Assembly: GCA_028534125.1 (NCBI GenBank)
Contig: CM052817.1
Coordinates: 102,736,001-102,800,000 of the forward strand
Reading direction: 5' to 3'
DNA length: 64,000 bases
DNA from: Lama glama
Taxonomy: Eukaryota
Made by a program: the position numbers and the translations under genes. Below the pieces are notes generated by a model. The model was not told where the DNA came from and did no database searches. It saw only the letters and a program-made list of their open reading frames with translations. Position 1 is the first letter of the stretch, and each line of letters opens with the position of its first letter. Below are positions 38,858-54,000 of the stretch, piece by piece.

Positions 38858-39307
38858 TATACTAGTTTCCTATTGCTGTTCCAGCAAACTACCACACACT
38901 TAGTGGCTCAATGCAGCCCACGTTTATTGTCCTAGAGCTGTGGAAGTCAGTGGTCTAAAATGGGTGAAGTAGCACTGTGTTACTTGTAGGGGTCCTAGGT
39001 GTGAATCTGTTTCCTTGCATTTTTCCAGCATCTAAAGGCTGCCCTCATTCCCGGCTCAGGTCTCTTTCCTTTGTCTTCAGCTTTGGTTTTGAACCAACCA
39101 TAACAGCTCTCTGAGCCTCTGCCTCCCTCTTGTAAGGACTCTTATGATTACTTCAAGCCCACCCAGATATTACAGGATAATTTTTGCATTTCAAGACCCT
39201 TAACTTAACCACAGCTCCTTTTGCCATGTAAAGTAATACATGCACAGGTTCTGGGGATCAGGCATGGTCATCTTTGGGGGATGGGGAGCATTATTCTGCT
39301 TACCATA
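38858..39307 (-). mobile_element. MaLR LTR (MLT1-like)
   Basis: 'tagtttcctattgctg...aaactaccacacacttagtggct' through 'ttttgccatgtaaagtaa...cacaggttctggggatcagg...attattctgcttaccata'. Confidence 0.75.
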
Positions 39308-39409
39308 GAAAATAAGGTCAAATATCTTTATTCCCTGTGATTTTCTGGGGAAATGAGGACAAACACTTGTGACTACATAATTTTAAACTCTTTTACCCCT
39401 GACTTTCTT

Positions 39410-39627
39410 AGTCGGGTCAACAAACTAAGTTCCACAGGAGAAATCTGGGCTGAAGACTGTTTTTTATAATTAAACTTTTACTAGAACACAATCATGTCCA
39501 TTCATTTGTTATTGTCTATAACTGCTTTGACACTAAAATGGCAGACTGTTGCAATGCAGACCAAATAGTCTACAAAGTTCATAATATTTAATATCTGGCC
39601 CTTTAAATAAAAAGTTTTCTGATCACT
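39410..39627. mobile_element. hAT-Charlie MITE, MER58A-like
   Basis: 'gggtcaacaaacta...aaatctgg...taaacttttactagaacaca' with the reciprocal end 'tctggccctttaaataaaaagttttctgatcact'. Confidence 0.6.
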
Positions 39628-39664
39628 AATCATTAGTCACATTTGTTAGGATTCAATTTCAAAA

Positions 39665-42600
39665 GGATTGGCCAAAATGGTTGAGTAGAAAGACCCTAAG
39701 CTCACTTCCTCTCACAAGCACACCAAATTATAACTGTTTGCACATCAACCATCATTGAAAAAGACTGGTGTCTACCAGAAAAGATCTTCTACAACTATAG
39801 ACATAAAGAAGGAACCACAACGAGACAGCTAGGAGGGGCAGACTTGCTAAGATCCAGCTCTGTCCACCAGTGAGAAGAACCTGCCTCACCATCCCCTAGG
39901 CTCTGGCCCTGCCCTCCAGGAAGCCTGGTGTAGCCTCTGGACTAGCCTCACCCACCAGAGGGCAGACACCAGATGCAAGAAAACCACAGCCCTATAGCCT
40001 GCAGACCTAACCTGCCCACAGCAGGCCAGATCCTGCCCTGGGGCCAGCTGGGCCCTGCTCTGCCCACTAGCAGGCTTCAGGGCACCCTAGACCCTGTACC
40101 CACTTGTGTCAGGGACTTCCCTCCCTGCCCCAGCAATCTGAAACCAGCTCTGGGACTCCTGGGCCCTGTGACCAGACTCCAGGACCTGGTTCTGCCTACC
40201 AGGAGTCCAGCAATAACATCAGGACCTGGCTTCACCCACCAGTGGGCAGGCAACAGCCTTGGAGTCTTCTGGATGCTCAGTGAGCCAGCATTAGCTCCAG
40301 GCCCACTGAGGTTCTGTAGTTAGCCACCTCATGACCAGACCCCACCAACAAGAAACTGACAGCCTCCACACAAGAGAGAGCTGGGCGACCAGCCAGATCA
40401 GGGCCAACTGAGCCTACCAGACTGCCCGAGGAGCCTGCCACAGCAGCAGGCCCCATGCAGTCCTAATAGGGAGAACCCCCTGCAGCATATGACTTGGGTG
40501 ATGAGAAGGCACTGCACTGCTGGGACGCACAGGACATCTCCTACAAAAGGCCACTTTCCCAAGATTGGGAAATACAACCAATCTACCAGATACACAAAAA
40601 ATAAAATAGCAGCTTAGGCAAAATGAGGTGATAGAAGAACATATTCCAGGCAAAGGAACAAGATAAAAACTCCAGAAGAAGAACTAGGTGAAGTGGAGAT
40701 AAGCAATATAGCCAACAAAGGGTTCAGGGTAGTGATCATAAAGATGATCAAAGAACTTGGGAGAAGAATGGATGGACAGAGCAAAAAATTAGAAGTTTTT
40801 AAAACGAGTTAGAAAATATAAAGAAAAACCAGAGATTAAAAAAAAGATTGTAACTGAAATGAAAAATATACTAGAAGGACTCAACTTAGACTAAATGTTA
40901 GAGAAACACATTAGTGAGCTGGAAGACAGAGTAGTAGAAATCCCTGGTACCCAACAGAAAAGAGAAAAAGAATGAAAAGAAATGAGGACGGTTAATTTCT
41001 GGTCAAGATGGTGGGGTTGTAGCACCATGAGCTTGTCTCTCCTCATGACTACAAAAAACCACAACTGAGAGCTAAACAAAGACTGGAACCTAGCAAAAAA
41101 GATCTTCTTCAAATGGAAACATAAAGAGGGAATCTCAGTGGGACAGTAGGAGGGGCATGCTTGTGAAATGATCAGGCCCTATACCCCCAGGTGAGCCACC
41201 CACAAGCTGAAGAATAATTAAGTTGCAGAGGCCCTCCCACAGGAGTGAAAGTTCTGAGCCCCACATCAGGCTCCCCAGCCCAGGGTTCCACCATTGGGAG
41301 GAGGAGAGTCCAGAACAACTGGCTTTGAAAGCTAGCAGGGCTTAACTCCAGGAGCAGCACAGGACTATGGGAAACAAAGACTTCACTCTCTCGAAAAGCA
41401 CACACAGAATTTTGCATGCACCAGGTCCAAGGGCAGAGGCAGTGGCTTCATAGGAACCTGGGTCAGACCTGCTTGCTGGTTTTGGAAGATCTTCTGGGGA
41501 GGTAGGGGTCACCTGTGGCTCACCCTGGGGACATAAAAGCTAGTGGTGGACATCTGAGGAGTGTTCATCTACATGAGCTTTCCTGGAGGCTGACATGTTG
41601 AAATAAATGATGAGGAGATAGGCAACTATCTAAGAAAGAGCTTAGAGTAATGGCAGCAAAGATGTTCAGAGAACTCAGGAGGGAGATAGATGCAAAGAGG
41701 GAAGATTTTAGCAAAGAGTTGAAAAATAAAAGAATACCTAAACAGAGTTGAAGAACAAAATCACTGAAATGAATAATACACTAGAAAGAATCAAGAATAG
41801 ACTAAATGATGCAGAAGAATGGATCAGTGAGTTAGAAGACATATTCATGGAAATCACTACCACAGAACAGAATGAAAAGAAATGAGGATAGTTTAAGAGA
41901 GATCTAGGACAACATGAAGCACACTAATATTCACGTTATAGGGGTCCCAGAAAGAGAAGAGAGAGAGAAAGGACCTGAGAAAATATTCAAAAAGATGATA
42001 GCCAAAAACTTCTCTAACTTGCGAGAGGAAACAGTCACCCAAGCCCAGGAAGTGCAGAGAGTTCCACAGGATCAACCCAAAGAGGAGCACACCAAGGGAC
42101 ACAGTCATCAAGTTGACAAATTAAGGATAAGGAGAAAATATTAAAATCAGCAAGAGAAAAGCAACAAATAACATACAAAGGAACTCCCATAAGGTTATCA
42201 GCTGATTTTTCAGTAGAAACTCTCCAGGCCAGAAAGGAATGGCACAGTATATTTAAAGTGATGAAAGGAGAAAACTTACAACCAAGAATACTCTATCCAG
42301 CAAGGAACACATCCAGATTTGATGGAGAAATCAAAAGCTTCACAGATAAACAAAAGCTAAAAGAATTCAGCACCACCAAACCAGCTTTACAACAAATGTT
42401 AAAGGAATTTCTCTAGTCATCACACCACAAGAAAAGAGAACAAAAAGAAGAAAGAGGAAAACAAAAAAAAGACCTACAAAACAAGCCTCAAACAATTAAC
42501 AAAATGACAATAAAAACAAATGCATCTATAATTACCTTATATGTAAATGGATTAAATGCTCTAACTAAAAGACATAGACTGGCTGAATGGATACAAAAAC

Positions 42601-45600
42601 AAGATCCATATACATGTTGTCTACAAGAGATCCACTAGAGCTAGACACACATGCAGGCTGAAAGTAAGGGGATGGAAAAGAACATTCCATGCAAATGGAA
42701 ACCAAAAGAAAACTGCAATAGCAATATTTTTATCAGACAAAATAGATCTTAAAATAAAGACTGTTACTAGAGACAAAGAAGGACACTACATAATGCTCAA
42801 GGGATCAATCCAAGAAGAAGATATAACAATTGTAAATACATATGCACCCAACATAGGAGCACCTCAATATATAAGGCAATTGTTAACAGACATAAAAGGA
42901 GAAATGGACACTAACCCAATAATAGTGGAGGAACTTAACACCCCACTTACATCAATGGAGAGAGCATCCAAACAGAAAATCAATAAGGAAACACAGGCCC
43001 TAAATGACACATTAGACCAGATGAACTTAATTGACATCTATAGAGCATTTCCATCTGAAAGCAACAGAACTCACATTCTTTTCAGGTGCACACAGGAACA
43101 TTCTGTAGAACTGATTACATTTGGCCCACAAAGCAAGCCTCAGTAAATTTAAGAAAATTGAAATCATACCAAGCATCTTTTCTGACCACAATGTTATAAG
43201 GTTAGAAATCAGCTACAAGAAAAAAACTACAAACACGTGGAGGCTAAACTTTATGCTACCAAACAGCCAAAGGATCACTGAAGAAATCGAAGAGGAAATT
43301 AAAAAATACTTTGGGACAAATAAAAAAAAAAACCACAATGATCCAAAACCTTCGGGACGGGGCAAAAGCAGTTCTAGGAGGAAATTTTATACTAATACAA
43401 GCTTACCTCAGGAAATAAGAAAATCTTAAGTAAATAACTTAGCTTTTTACCTAAAGCGTCTAGAGAAAGAAGAACAAACAAAACTCAAAGTTAGTAGAAG
43501 AAAAGAAATCATAAAGATCAGAGCAGAAATAAATGAAACAGAGACTAAAAAAATTGTAAAAATCAATGAAACGAAAACCTGTTTTTTTGAAAAAGTGAAA
43601 AAAAATTGATTAACCTTTAGTTAGACTTACCAAGAAAAAAAAAGGAAGAGGGCTTGAATCAATAAAGTCAGAAATGAAAAAGGAGAAGTCATAACTGACA
43701 CCACAGAAATGCAAGGGGTCATAAGAGGCTACTATGAGCAACTATATACCAACAAAAAGGACAACCTAGAAGAAATGGAAAATTTCTTAGAAAGGTACAA
43801 TTTGTCAAGACTGAATCAGGAAGAAATAGAAAATATGAATAGATCAATTACCAGCACCGAAATGGAGTCAGTAATTAAAAAGCTCCCAACAACAAAAGTC
43901 CAGGACCAGAAAGCTTGACAGGTGAATTCCACCAAATGTTTAAAGAAGAGTTGACGCCTCTCCTTCTGAAACTATTCCAAAAATTGAACAGGAAGGAACA
44001 CTTCCAAACTCATTCTGTGAGGCCACCATCACCCTGATACCAAAGCGAAAAACAAAGATATCACAAAAAAAGAAAATTATAGGTAAATATCATTTGTGAA
44101 TATAGATGCAAGAATTCTTAACAAAATACTAGCAAATATACTCCAAATGATTATACACCATGGTCAAGCGAGGCAAAGCAATCAATGTGATACAGCACAT
44201 TAACAAACTGAAGAATAAAAACTGTTTGATTATCTCAATAGATGCAAAAAAAAAAAGCTTTTGGTAAAATTCAACATCCATTTATGATAAAAACTCTCCA
44301 GAAAGTGAGCATAGAGGGAACATATCTCAACACAATAAAGGCCATATATGACCAACACATAGCTAACCTCATACTTAATGGTGAAAAGCTGAAAGCATTT
44401 CCTCCAAAATCAAGAACAAGACAAGGATGCACATTCTTGCCACTTCTATTCAATATAGTTCTGAAAGTCCTAGCCATAGAAATCAGCGAAGAAAAAGAAA
44501 CAAAGGGAATTCAAATCAGAAAAGAAGAAGTAAAACTGTCACTATTCCCAGATGACAGGATACTATACATAGAAAATACTAAAGAAGCGACAAGAAAACT
44601 ACTAGAGCTCATCCATGAATTTGGTAAAGTTGCAGGGTACAAAATTAATATACAGAAATTAGTTTCATTTCTATATGCTAACAATTAAATAGCAGAAAAA
44701 GAAATTAAGGAAACAATTCCATTCACCATCACACCAAACAGAATAAAATACATAAGTATATACCTACCCAAAGAGGCAAAGGACCTGTACTACGAAAACT
44801 GTAAGGCACTGATGAAAGAAAATGAAGACAACATAAAGAGATGGAAAGATGTACCATGTTCTTGAATCGACAGAATCAATATTGTTAAAATGGCCATACT
44901 ACCCAAGGCAATATACAGATTCAGTGCAATCCTTATTAAATTACCAATGACATTTTTCATGGAGCTGAAACAAAAAATGTTAAAATTTGTATAGAAACAC
45001 AAAAGACCCCGGACAGCAAAAACAGTCTTGGGAAAAGAGAACAGAGGTGGAGAAATCATGCTCCTTGACTTAAGACTATACTACAAAGCTACAGTAATCA
45101 AAACAGTATTGTACTGGCACAAAAACAGACACATAAATCAATGGAACAGGACAGAAAGTCCAGAAGTAAACCCACACACTTATGGTTAATTAAGCTACGA
45201 CCAAGGAGGCAAGAATATTCAATGGAGAAAAGACAGTCTCTTCAACAAGTGGTGCTGGGAAAACTGGACAGCTACCTGTAAAAGCCTGAAATTAGAACAT
45301 TCTCTAACACCGCAACAAAAATAAACTCAAAATGGATAAAAACCTAAATGTAAGACCAGATACTATAAAACTCCTAGAGAAAAACGGGCAGAATACTCTT
45401 TGACATAAATCACAGCAATATTTTTTTCAAACCAGCTCCTAGAATAAGGGAAATAAAAGCAAAAATAAACAAGTAGGCTCTAATTAAACTTAAAAGCTTT
45501 TACACAGTTAAGGATATCATCAACAAAACAAAAAGACAACCTACAGAATGTGAGAAAATATTTGCAAATGATATGATCAAAAACGGACTAATTTCCAAAG

Positions 45601-46106
45601 TATACAAACAACTTGTGCAGCTTAATTTCAAAAAACAAGCAACCCAATAAAAAAAATGAGCAGAAGACCAATGTAGACATCTCTCCAAAGAAGACATCCA
45701 GATGGCCAACAAGCACGTGAAAAGATGCTCAACATCACTAACTGTTAGAGAAATACAAATCAAAACTACAATGAGCTATCACCTCACACCAGTCTGAATG
45801 GCCTTCTTAAAAAGTCCACAAACAATAAATGCTGGAGAGGGTGTGGAGAAAAAGGAACCCTCCTACACTGTTGGTAGGAATGTAAATTGGTGCAGTCATT
45901 ATGGAGAACAGTATGGAGATTCCTTTAAAAACTAGTGAGAGTTACCATATGATCCAACAATCCCAATCCTGGACATATGTCTGCAGGAAAATGTAATTTA
46001 AAAAGACACATGCACCCCAATGTTCACAGCAGCACTATTTACAATAGCCAAGACATGGAAACAACCCAAATGTCCATCAACAACTGACTGGATAAAGCAG
46101 ATGCGG

Positions 46107-46138
<32 letters not shown>

Positions 46139-46932
46139 CATATATAATGTAATATTAGTCAGCCATAAAAAAGAATAAAATAATACATTTGCAGCAGCAT
46201 GAATGGACCTGGAGATTGTCATTCCAAGTGAAGTTAGCCAGGAAGAGAAAAAAAAATGTCATATGATAATGCTTGTATGCAGAATCTGAAAAAGGGGACA
46301 CAAATGAACTTATCTATAAAATAGAAACGGACTCACAGACATAGATAACGAACTTGTGGTTACCAGGGGTTAAAGGGGATGCAAAGGGATCAATCAGGAA
46401 TTCTAAATTTGCACCTCTTGGGGAGTGATGGAGATGTTAGCTATCTTTATTGTGGCAGTGGTTTCATTGGTGTACACATCTATCAAAATTCTTCCAATTA
46501 AACATCTGAAATATGTGTAGTTTACTGTACAGGAATCATACCACAATAGAGATGTTTGAAAAAAAAGAAAAAAAAAGAAAGAAAAGAAATGAGGACTGTT
46601 TAAGAGACCTTTGGGACATCATCAAGTACACTTTTTTTCACATTATAGGGGTCCCAGAAGGAAAAGAGAAAGAGAAAGGTGCTAATAATATATTTGAAGA
46701 CATCATAGCTGAAAACTTTCCTAACCTGGGAAAGGAAACAGTCATCCAAGTCCAGAAAGAGCAGAGAGATCCATATAAGATTAACCCAGAGAGGAGCACA
46801 CTAACACATTGTGATTAAATTGACAAAAAGATAAAGAGAAAATATTAAACGCAGCAAGGGAAAAGTAATGAATAACATACAAGGGACCTCCCTTAAGGCT
46901 ATGAGCTGATTTTTTAGCAGAAGAATCTTCCA
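39665..46932 (+). mobile_element. Older L1 (5' UTR plus ORF1) split by a nested L1; pieces at 39665-40993 and 46581-46932
   Basis: ORF1 sequence stops at ...KRNEDG (40993) and resumes as KRNEDCLRDLWDIIK...ENFPNLGKE (46581 onward). Confidence 0.85.
40994..46580 (+). mobile_element. Near full-length L1 (5' UTR, ORF1, ORF2 EN/RT, 3' UTR, A tail), inactive
   Basis: ORF1 peptide 41914..42144, EN peptides 42793..43429 and RT peptide 44242..44688 (FPDD at the catalytic F/YADD position). Many stops and frameshifts. 20-bp TSD at 40974-40993 and 46581-46600. Confidence 0.95.
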
Positions 46933-48314
46933 GGTAATTCTGACGCATGCTAATACTCAGAAAACCTAACGTAGACTGTAACTACTTCTACAAAAATCAC
47001 AAAGTCAAATATTGAAAACAAAGATCAATAGTTGCATTAAAGCTTTCATTTTCCTTCTAAAAATTACCTTCTTATTGATACTAACAGGTATGGCCACTGT
47101 TGAACTGACTGTCCTAGTCCTCAAGTGCAATATTTGCCTATAATTTGTGAAGAAACAGACTGTCCTAGAGTTGGAAAGGATGCTCAGTAAGCTGAATGAG
47201 AAATGAGAATGGTATATAATTGAGAACAAATAAATTACTGCCATTCTTCAAATTGAGATATATTAGGAGTTCTATTTCCCCTTGGCATAGAAAGCTGAGA
47301 CTAGTGTTGCTAGCAAGAAAACCAAGCAAGAAAACCCATGTAAACTAAAAAATAATGTTCTGGACACATCAAAGAGCTGAAGTCACTAGTCAACCAAGTA
47401 GTAGCAACTCTACTGACTCTCAGGCACAACCAAAGAGAGATGAGACACGAGCACCTGCTCACCCGTGACCGACTACAGTTAGAAGGGACGCTGGGTGCCA
47501 TATAACTAGGTAAGACGTATTCAGCTACAACTGTAATATACTGGTGCAGGTCAGGTGTGGACTAAGGTAAGAGCTGAGAGCTGCAGACACAGGAGTCTGC
47601 ACCCGCTTGCAGGCTCTTCTCTGTGGATCACAGTCTCCTGCTCATGAGAAAGACGGTGGGAAGAGCAGGAGATGGGTAAGTGTCTGTTTGTTTAAGTTAC
47701 GCTCTTCAAGTATTCTGTAGCTTATAATGAAATTTCATATGTACTATCTGCTTATCAGCAGAGAATGTGCAAGACTCAAAGACTACAGGAGTGAAGACCA
47801 ACACCAAATTCACATTTGAATTTGGGAGAAATTGAAAGATATCAATCACTATTCATCTAAAGAAGGCAATTATAGTATGCAAAAGTAGTATTCCATAAAC
47901 CACAAGACAAAATTATTTTTATTATAAAAAAGAACATATGTTTTGCACATGAAGCATGAGAATGGACACAACCAGTGGAATTTACTATGCTGGGTTGAAG
48001 TGAATACTTACTGCTTTCTTGATGAATTTCTGATACTTTCATTCCTTCGTTTACACCTTCATTTGGAAACGTTATTTACAACAACACACTGGTAAGTAGA
48101 GCCCATGGTTGTGCAGTGATTTTGGTGATGCCTTTTAGAGCATCCCATCCAGCACAAGAGCACTGTAAGAGTGCCATGAGGCCACCAGTGCTATCACCTT
48201 GATTTAGGAAATCAGGGGTTTTTTTGCTGTTAGTAGGAAAACAGAGAAAGAAAGTCTCTTCCATCTGCCTACTAATTCAATTCAACAGATACTCATTTTA
48301 TTTCCATGGTACTA

Positions 48315-48536
<222 letters not shown>

Positions 48537-50755
48537 CTAGCCCAGGGTTGGGCCAGCAAGGAAGCAGCCTATTTATCCACTATCCTGCTGAAAGAGTTTC
48601 CTGAATAACCAATCATCACTCTAGTCTCCATGATCATATTCATCTGCTTTGGCAAACATGTTTCAGTGCATAATCATAATCATAATCATAATCAGGCAAT
48701 GTTTGTTTTCTGGTTCACATGAAATTAAGTGTTTACAATGAATTAGATAAATGCCTACAAGAAAATGAACTATTTTCAACTGCTGGATCTGTAAGCTCAA
48801 ATTTTAAAGGAGAAACATTATCAAAAATCAAGGACATCAACCCTTGGTATGTGCAAAACATTTAATGCAATGTCACAACAAAAATCAATGGACTATGTCA
48901 TTTTCAATTCTTTTTGTTTCTATTAACAGAGACATCATTTATAGCTAATTAGAATCATTAAGCCACTTTATGAAACATGTCTTTACATTTACTCTCTCCC
49001 TTTGTTAAAGTATATACTTGAGTATTTAAACCTGCTAAAGTAAATTCTGTAATTTCATGAAAGTGCAGTGAAGCACGAAGGGAAAAAATTAGTGAACAGC
49101 TACTATCTTCTGACTTAATTTCAAAGAGTGTCTCATTCAATGAACGTGAAATTTCTTTTAGGTTTTACACAATTTAAATAACTTCATCTTGGACGGTCCA
49201 TTTCATATATTAAACTTCAAAAGCATGTAATATCTTCAGATTTTCGATATTCTATACATATATACTCTCTATATATTTCCATATAATTTATGAAGCATCA
49301 CTCTGCACATCCTGGTTTAGACTGAGAATTCTTTGTTTTGCATTGCGTATCCCATTCTAAAATGCAATTAATTCTCTGAAATTTTCCAGCAATACAGTAG
49401 CCTTAAAATTTGGCTACTGTCTTGACAAGGGTTTTCTAAATTCCATTATCCCTGTCCTTGCCTTGTCTATATGAAATGCGGAGTCTCCCAGATCTGGCCT
49501 AGACAAAGCCAAAGGGCTCACCACTAAACTGTAGAAGGCGCCTATACTACAGCAGAGGTGAAAGAAAATCCAGCCCTTTTACTGGCAGTAAAAATAAACT
49601 TTATTAGGGGTGCCTGAATGTAGCTCTGTTTAAAAGGAAATCTATGAGATCCTTTCTTGAAAATATTTGCTGTGATGAACAGAGGCTGGATATCTAAATT
49701 TATTTGCTACATGTGAGTCATAGGCTATATACATACTCTGCAAAGACTGTCTCATTTTTTTTCTTCTGAATTACTTTCCATACCTCAAAATATCTGGGCC
49801 TATTCCCCAGCCTGTTGATTTAACAGAATACCTTATGAAGAATCCTCATCGGTTTATACTCATATATGAAAGTAAAAAGAGAAAAAACCTTCTTGTATAT
49901 GATTCTGGGCAATGTTATTAACTCAATGAGAAAAAAGAGAGAAAAAAAAAAAAACCCAACATGTGACCATATTGGAATGGAACTGAATGGAGCAGGGGTC
50001 AATTCAGGGTGTGCTGTACTACTGGGATGTGTGTACAAAGAGTCGTGACCCAGCTGTGGTTCTAGTCTACTCTACTCATGCTAGTGACTAGTTACAAAAT
50101 CTGCCTGAGTAATACATCCAAGCTAAATAGAAAATTCAGGAGCAGACCCACAAGGGAAGAAATAAGTCCTGAATATATATTTCTTGTTCCATGTATTATG
50201 GGCAGAAAGTAAGATAATTATCTTTATAAAACCTTGGAATATTATAAAGCGTTGGGACCCCAAACTGGTGGGCTACTATTGTGCTATTAGGTGCTTGTTC
50301 GTGTGTGTGGGCCCGAGTGGGGGGCAGGGGGAGGCAGGGTAAAACCAGGACTTAAAATTTCAAATGGCACAGCATCTACCATTTTCAAATGTCTTTCTTC
50401 TGGTAGGCATTTGAGTTTGATACTCCTGGTATTTAAAGTGACATCACTCATGTAACACATATATGAGATATTTTGGGGAGGAAAATTAAACCAAAGGCAA
50501 AACATTCAGCAGAAGTTAAGTTTAAATATGGAGATAATTATCAGGTTGGGCAATGAAGATGGAGGCATGATGCTTTTCTGGCTGACAGATGGCATCGCAG
50601 CAGCTTCCACGTCTGTTATACAAAGTTATTCTAATACCACCCATGCGGGAAGTGCAGCACCTTTAGGTAACATGAGACTTCCAATCATATACCTTGGGCC
50701 TTTGCACACTGCATGATTTTTTTTTTGGATATGTCAACCGTCAACGATGATATCA

Positions 50756-51013
<258 letters not shown>

Positions 51014-54000
51014 TTAAAAACAAAAGATGTCAAAGGAGACTCATTTAGTTTTGGTTAACACTGGCAAAGGGTAAGCTTAGTCACAGCTTTCCCTTTTCCA
51101 AAATAAAACACCCCACCCCCCCAAAAAAAGTATCGTGTCTTAGTTCTACCCACTCCTTGTTTAGCTTGGAGCCTTGTGCCATGAATTGATTTTCCAAGAT
51201 CATTTGCACTAGGATGACAGCATGTAGTCTTCACTCTTATGCTGGAAAAGTTTTGAGTAGGACAGAGGAAATGAAAGAATATTTTCCCAAATACTTCTAA
51301 CCACTTATTGCCAATTTTTAAAAATAAATTAAAAATTGTGAGTAGTCTGAATAAACACAAGAAACGGCATTTAAGTGGAGGGAAATCTTTCACTATATTA
51401 ACCATGGCATATAGACAGACGCTAAACAAGGTTCCAAGATCTATGTGTAACCACTTTTAAAAAAATCACTCAGTATAAATACTGTAGTTGATTTTTTTCA
51501 TTAACTTTGCATTTATGCTTAGCATTAATGAATCTGGGCATTTTATAATATACCAAGACAGAAAAAGGCATCATTAGACTATCCTAAAGAAGAAACCTAA
51601 TTTATATATTTTAAACTAATCTACTCTAGCAGACCAGTTTATTAATAAGTAATTCCCTAAAAGAGCTTTTAGTGTGCTAGCAGTAAAAGTTAGAATAGGA
51701 TAAAAGAGCTTTAAGAAATAGCCAACAAATTCACTGCAGGGAAAAAAAAAGCCCCACTATATTAGCAGGCAGTCAATCAGTGAGAGACGTCAGTCACCAT
51801 ATTATGTCACTCAACTGTCATTCCATGACTGGCTTGTCCATTAAAGTCAAATCTGGCCTCTGCTCCTGACACAGACATATGATGACACATCACTCAGACC
51901 TTCATCACTCCCACAGCACAGAGAACAAAAAGGACACATGGCAGTCACATCAGAGGTTAGGCTGAATTCAAAATTTACAGTCAACTGATTTTTCTAGCTA
52001 GAATTTGTGAGCTCATGGTGGGACACAAATAGCAAATTCTATTTTTGCTTTTTTGGTAAATCAATATTCCCTCTATGGAGATAAGTTTAAGAAAGACATT
52101 TTTTTAAAAATCCAAGAATCTGATAGGAATTTTAAAGGATGCAAGTGTTTTTTCCATTTTGGAGACATAACATGACAGAGCTCATAATTCTTCTGGAATA
52201 TATTGATGCACTGGCAATATCAAAATATTCCAAATATGTACAGGCAGTCCCAAAGCTCTAAAGAACATATCAGCATCAATATATCTCCAATTGGTTTGTT
52301 CTCACCTGCCCTCAACACTTCCATCACATTCTTAATATGGAGACTAAACAAAACAAACAAACCAAAAACCAAAAAAAAACCAAAAAATAAAAACAAAACA
52401 AGCATAGATAAAATAAAATTATTTTATAGAGAATTTTAAATTAATTTTAGAGAAATTTATAGTAATTAGGAAGTCTCATTACCATAAATGTATCAACAGT
52501 GAAAATTATAGACGGTGAGCTGTGAATGACTTTTGCAGAATGGGTGACTGATGAACACCACTTCCTACTACCATGCTGTCAGCTACTTCCATTTCCTAAT
52601 TCAGACAGTCAAGCAGTACATGATTCAAATGTATTATTTCATTGCACCTTTCCAGAGGCTCTTTACTTAATATGCTTTGGAAACATATTTCCTCATGAGT
52701 TGATATAGAAATATTCTTCATCATTATTAAATGAAAGAGCCAATTAAAAAATTTCTGGTGCTAGAATTTCTTACCCCAAAATAGACACATATTTCTAGGC
52801 AAATGTTTATATAATGATTGTTTGGTGAACTCAAAACCTGATATAGTGAACTTTAGTTGTACTATAGGTCAACCAGGTATCTGAGAACTGGTTGGAAATC
52901 TAAGAATTGTAAGCAAACTAGTTTAGAGAAGGTGAGTTCACATTTGCTGTGGACTAATAAACAGGTTGCTCAGTGACAGACCTATCAGGGCAGCGACGGT
53001 CTGAGTCACCCTTTTGTTTGGATCTGTTTACACTGCTGTACATGAGCGCTATAAAAACGTTAAAGAAAAACATGAACATAAGTTAATATTGCTGATTTTT
53101 AAAATCTGTAGTCATTTTATAATGCAAATTCCAAAACCTAAAATATTTCTAACATTTAAACTTCATTTTAGCAGAAATCTCAAGTTACCAGGTTATGTTT
53201 CTAAGAATAATTATTTTCTTTGGATTTGATAGAACATAATCTGACTAGTGGTAACGGTAAATAAAGTGAAATAAAGTTGAACATGAAGCCATTCATACTT
53301 GAATAGTAGTTTTTTTTGTAGCCAATTATTCATCCTTCTATTGTGTTGGAAAAATAATACTTTAAAAATAACTTTTAGAGGAAGAACAAGAAAATGAGGA
53401 GGAGGAGGAGAAGGAAGATTTTTATATAGTCATTATTGTCTAAGAGTCTATGATTTTTCAGTTTCACAGTTGATTAACGTTTCCTGTCTTCATTCCTACA
53501 TCTAACGTTACCTAATATAATCAATGTCAAATGAAATTTGAGAATTATTAAATACACTGCTAGACTATATGCATAGGCTAATTGAAAGCTTAGCTAAAAT
53601 TCAAAATTGGGCAAGTCAAAACAGTAACTAGAAGCAGAAAAGTCATCATGCCCAGGAAAGTAGCAAGTAAAACTGTGCCTGCATGTGCCAAGTAGTCAAT
53701 ATGAAAAGAGAAAATTTCAGTAAACATTGAAATACTTGAAATTATGCAGACTTTTTACATCATGCAGACAAAGAAAGCTATTTATTTAACTTAATATTTT
53801 AAGTTGTCTAGGGAGTAGTGAATGCAGTGTGGTTATTTTAAAATACATGCTTGGATAAAGGTTAAAAAAACTATTCTAATTAAAGTGAATGCAATTTCAG
53901 ATTATCTATGTTGATGAGAAATAGCAAGATCGTAAAAGATGAATTCTACAAATATATTCTGGACTTGTTATTATGAAAGGTCATCACACTTGGGAAAAAA

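Noticed and set aside
42793..44688. Active reverse transcriptase/endonuclease or a novel retroelement system
   Set aside because: Ordinary L1 ORF2 broken by many frameshifts and stops.
46106..46146. (CATATA)n short repeat array (also (CATAAT)n near 48669)
   Set aside because: Simple microsatellites with no spacers; not CRISPR-like.
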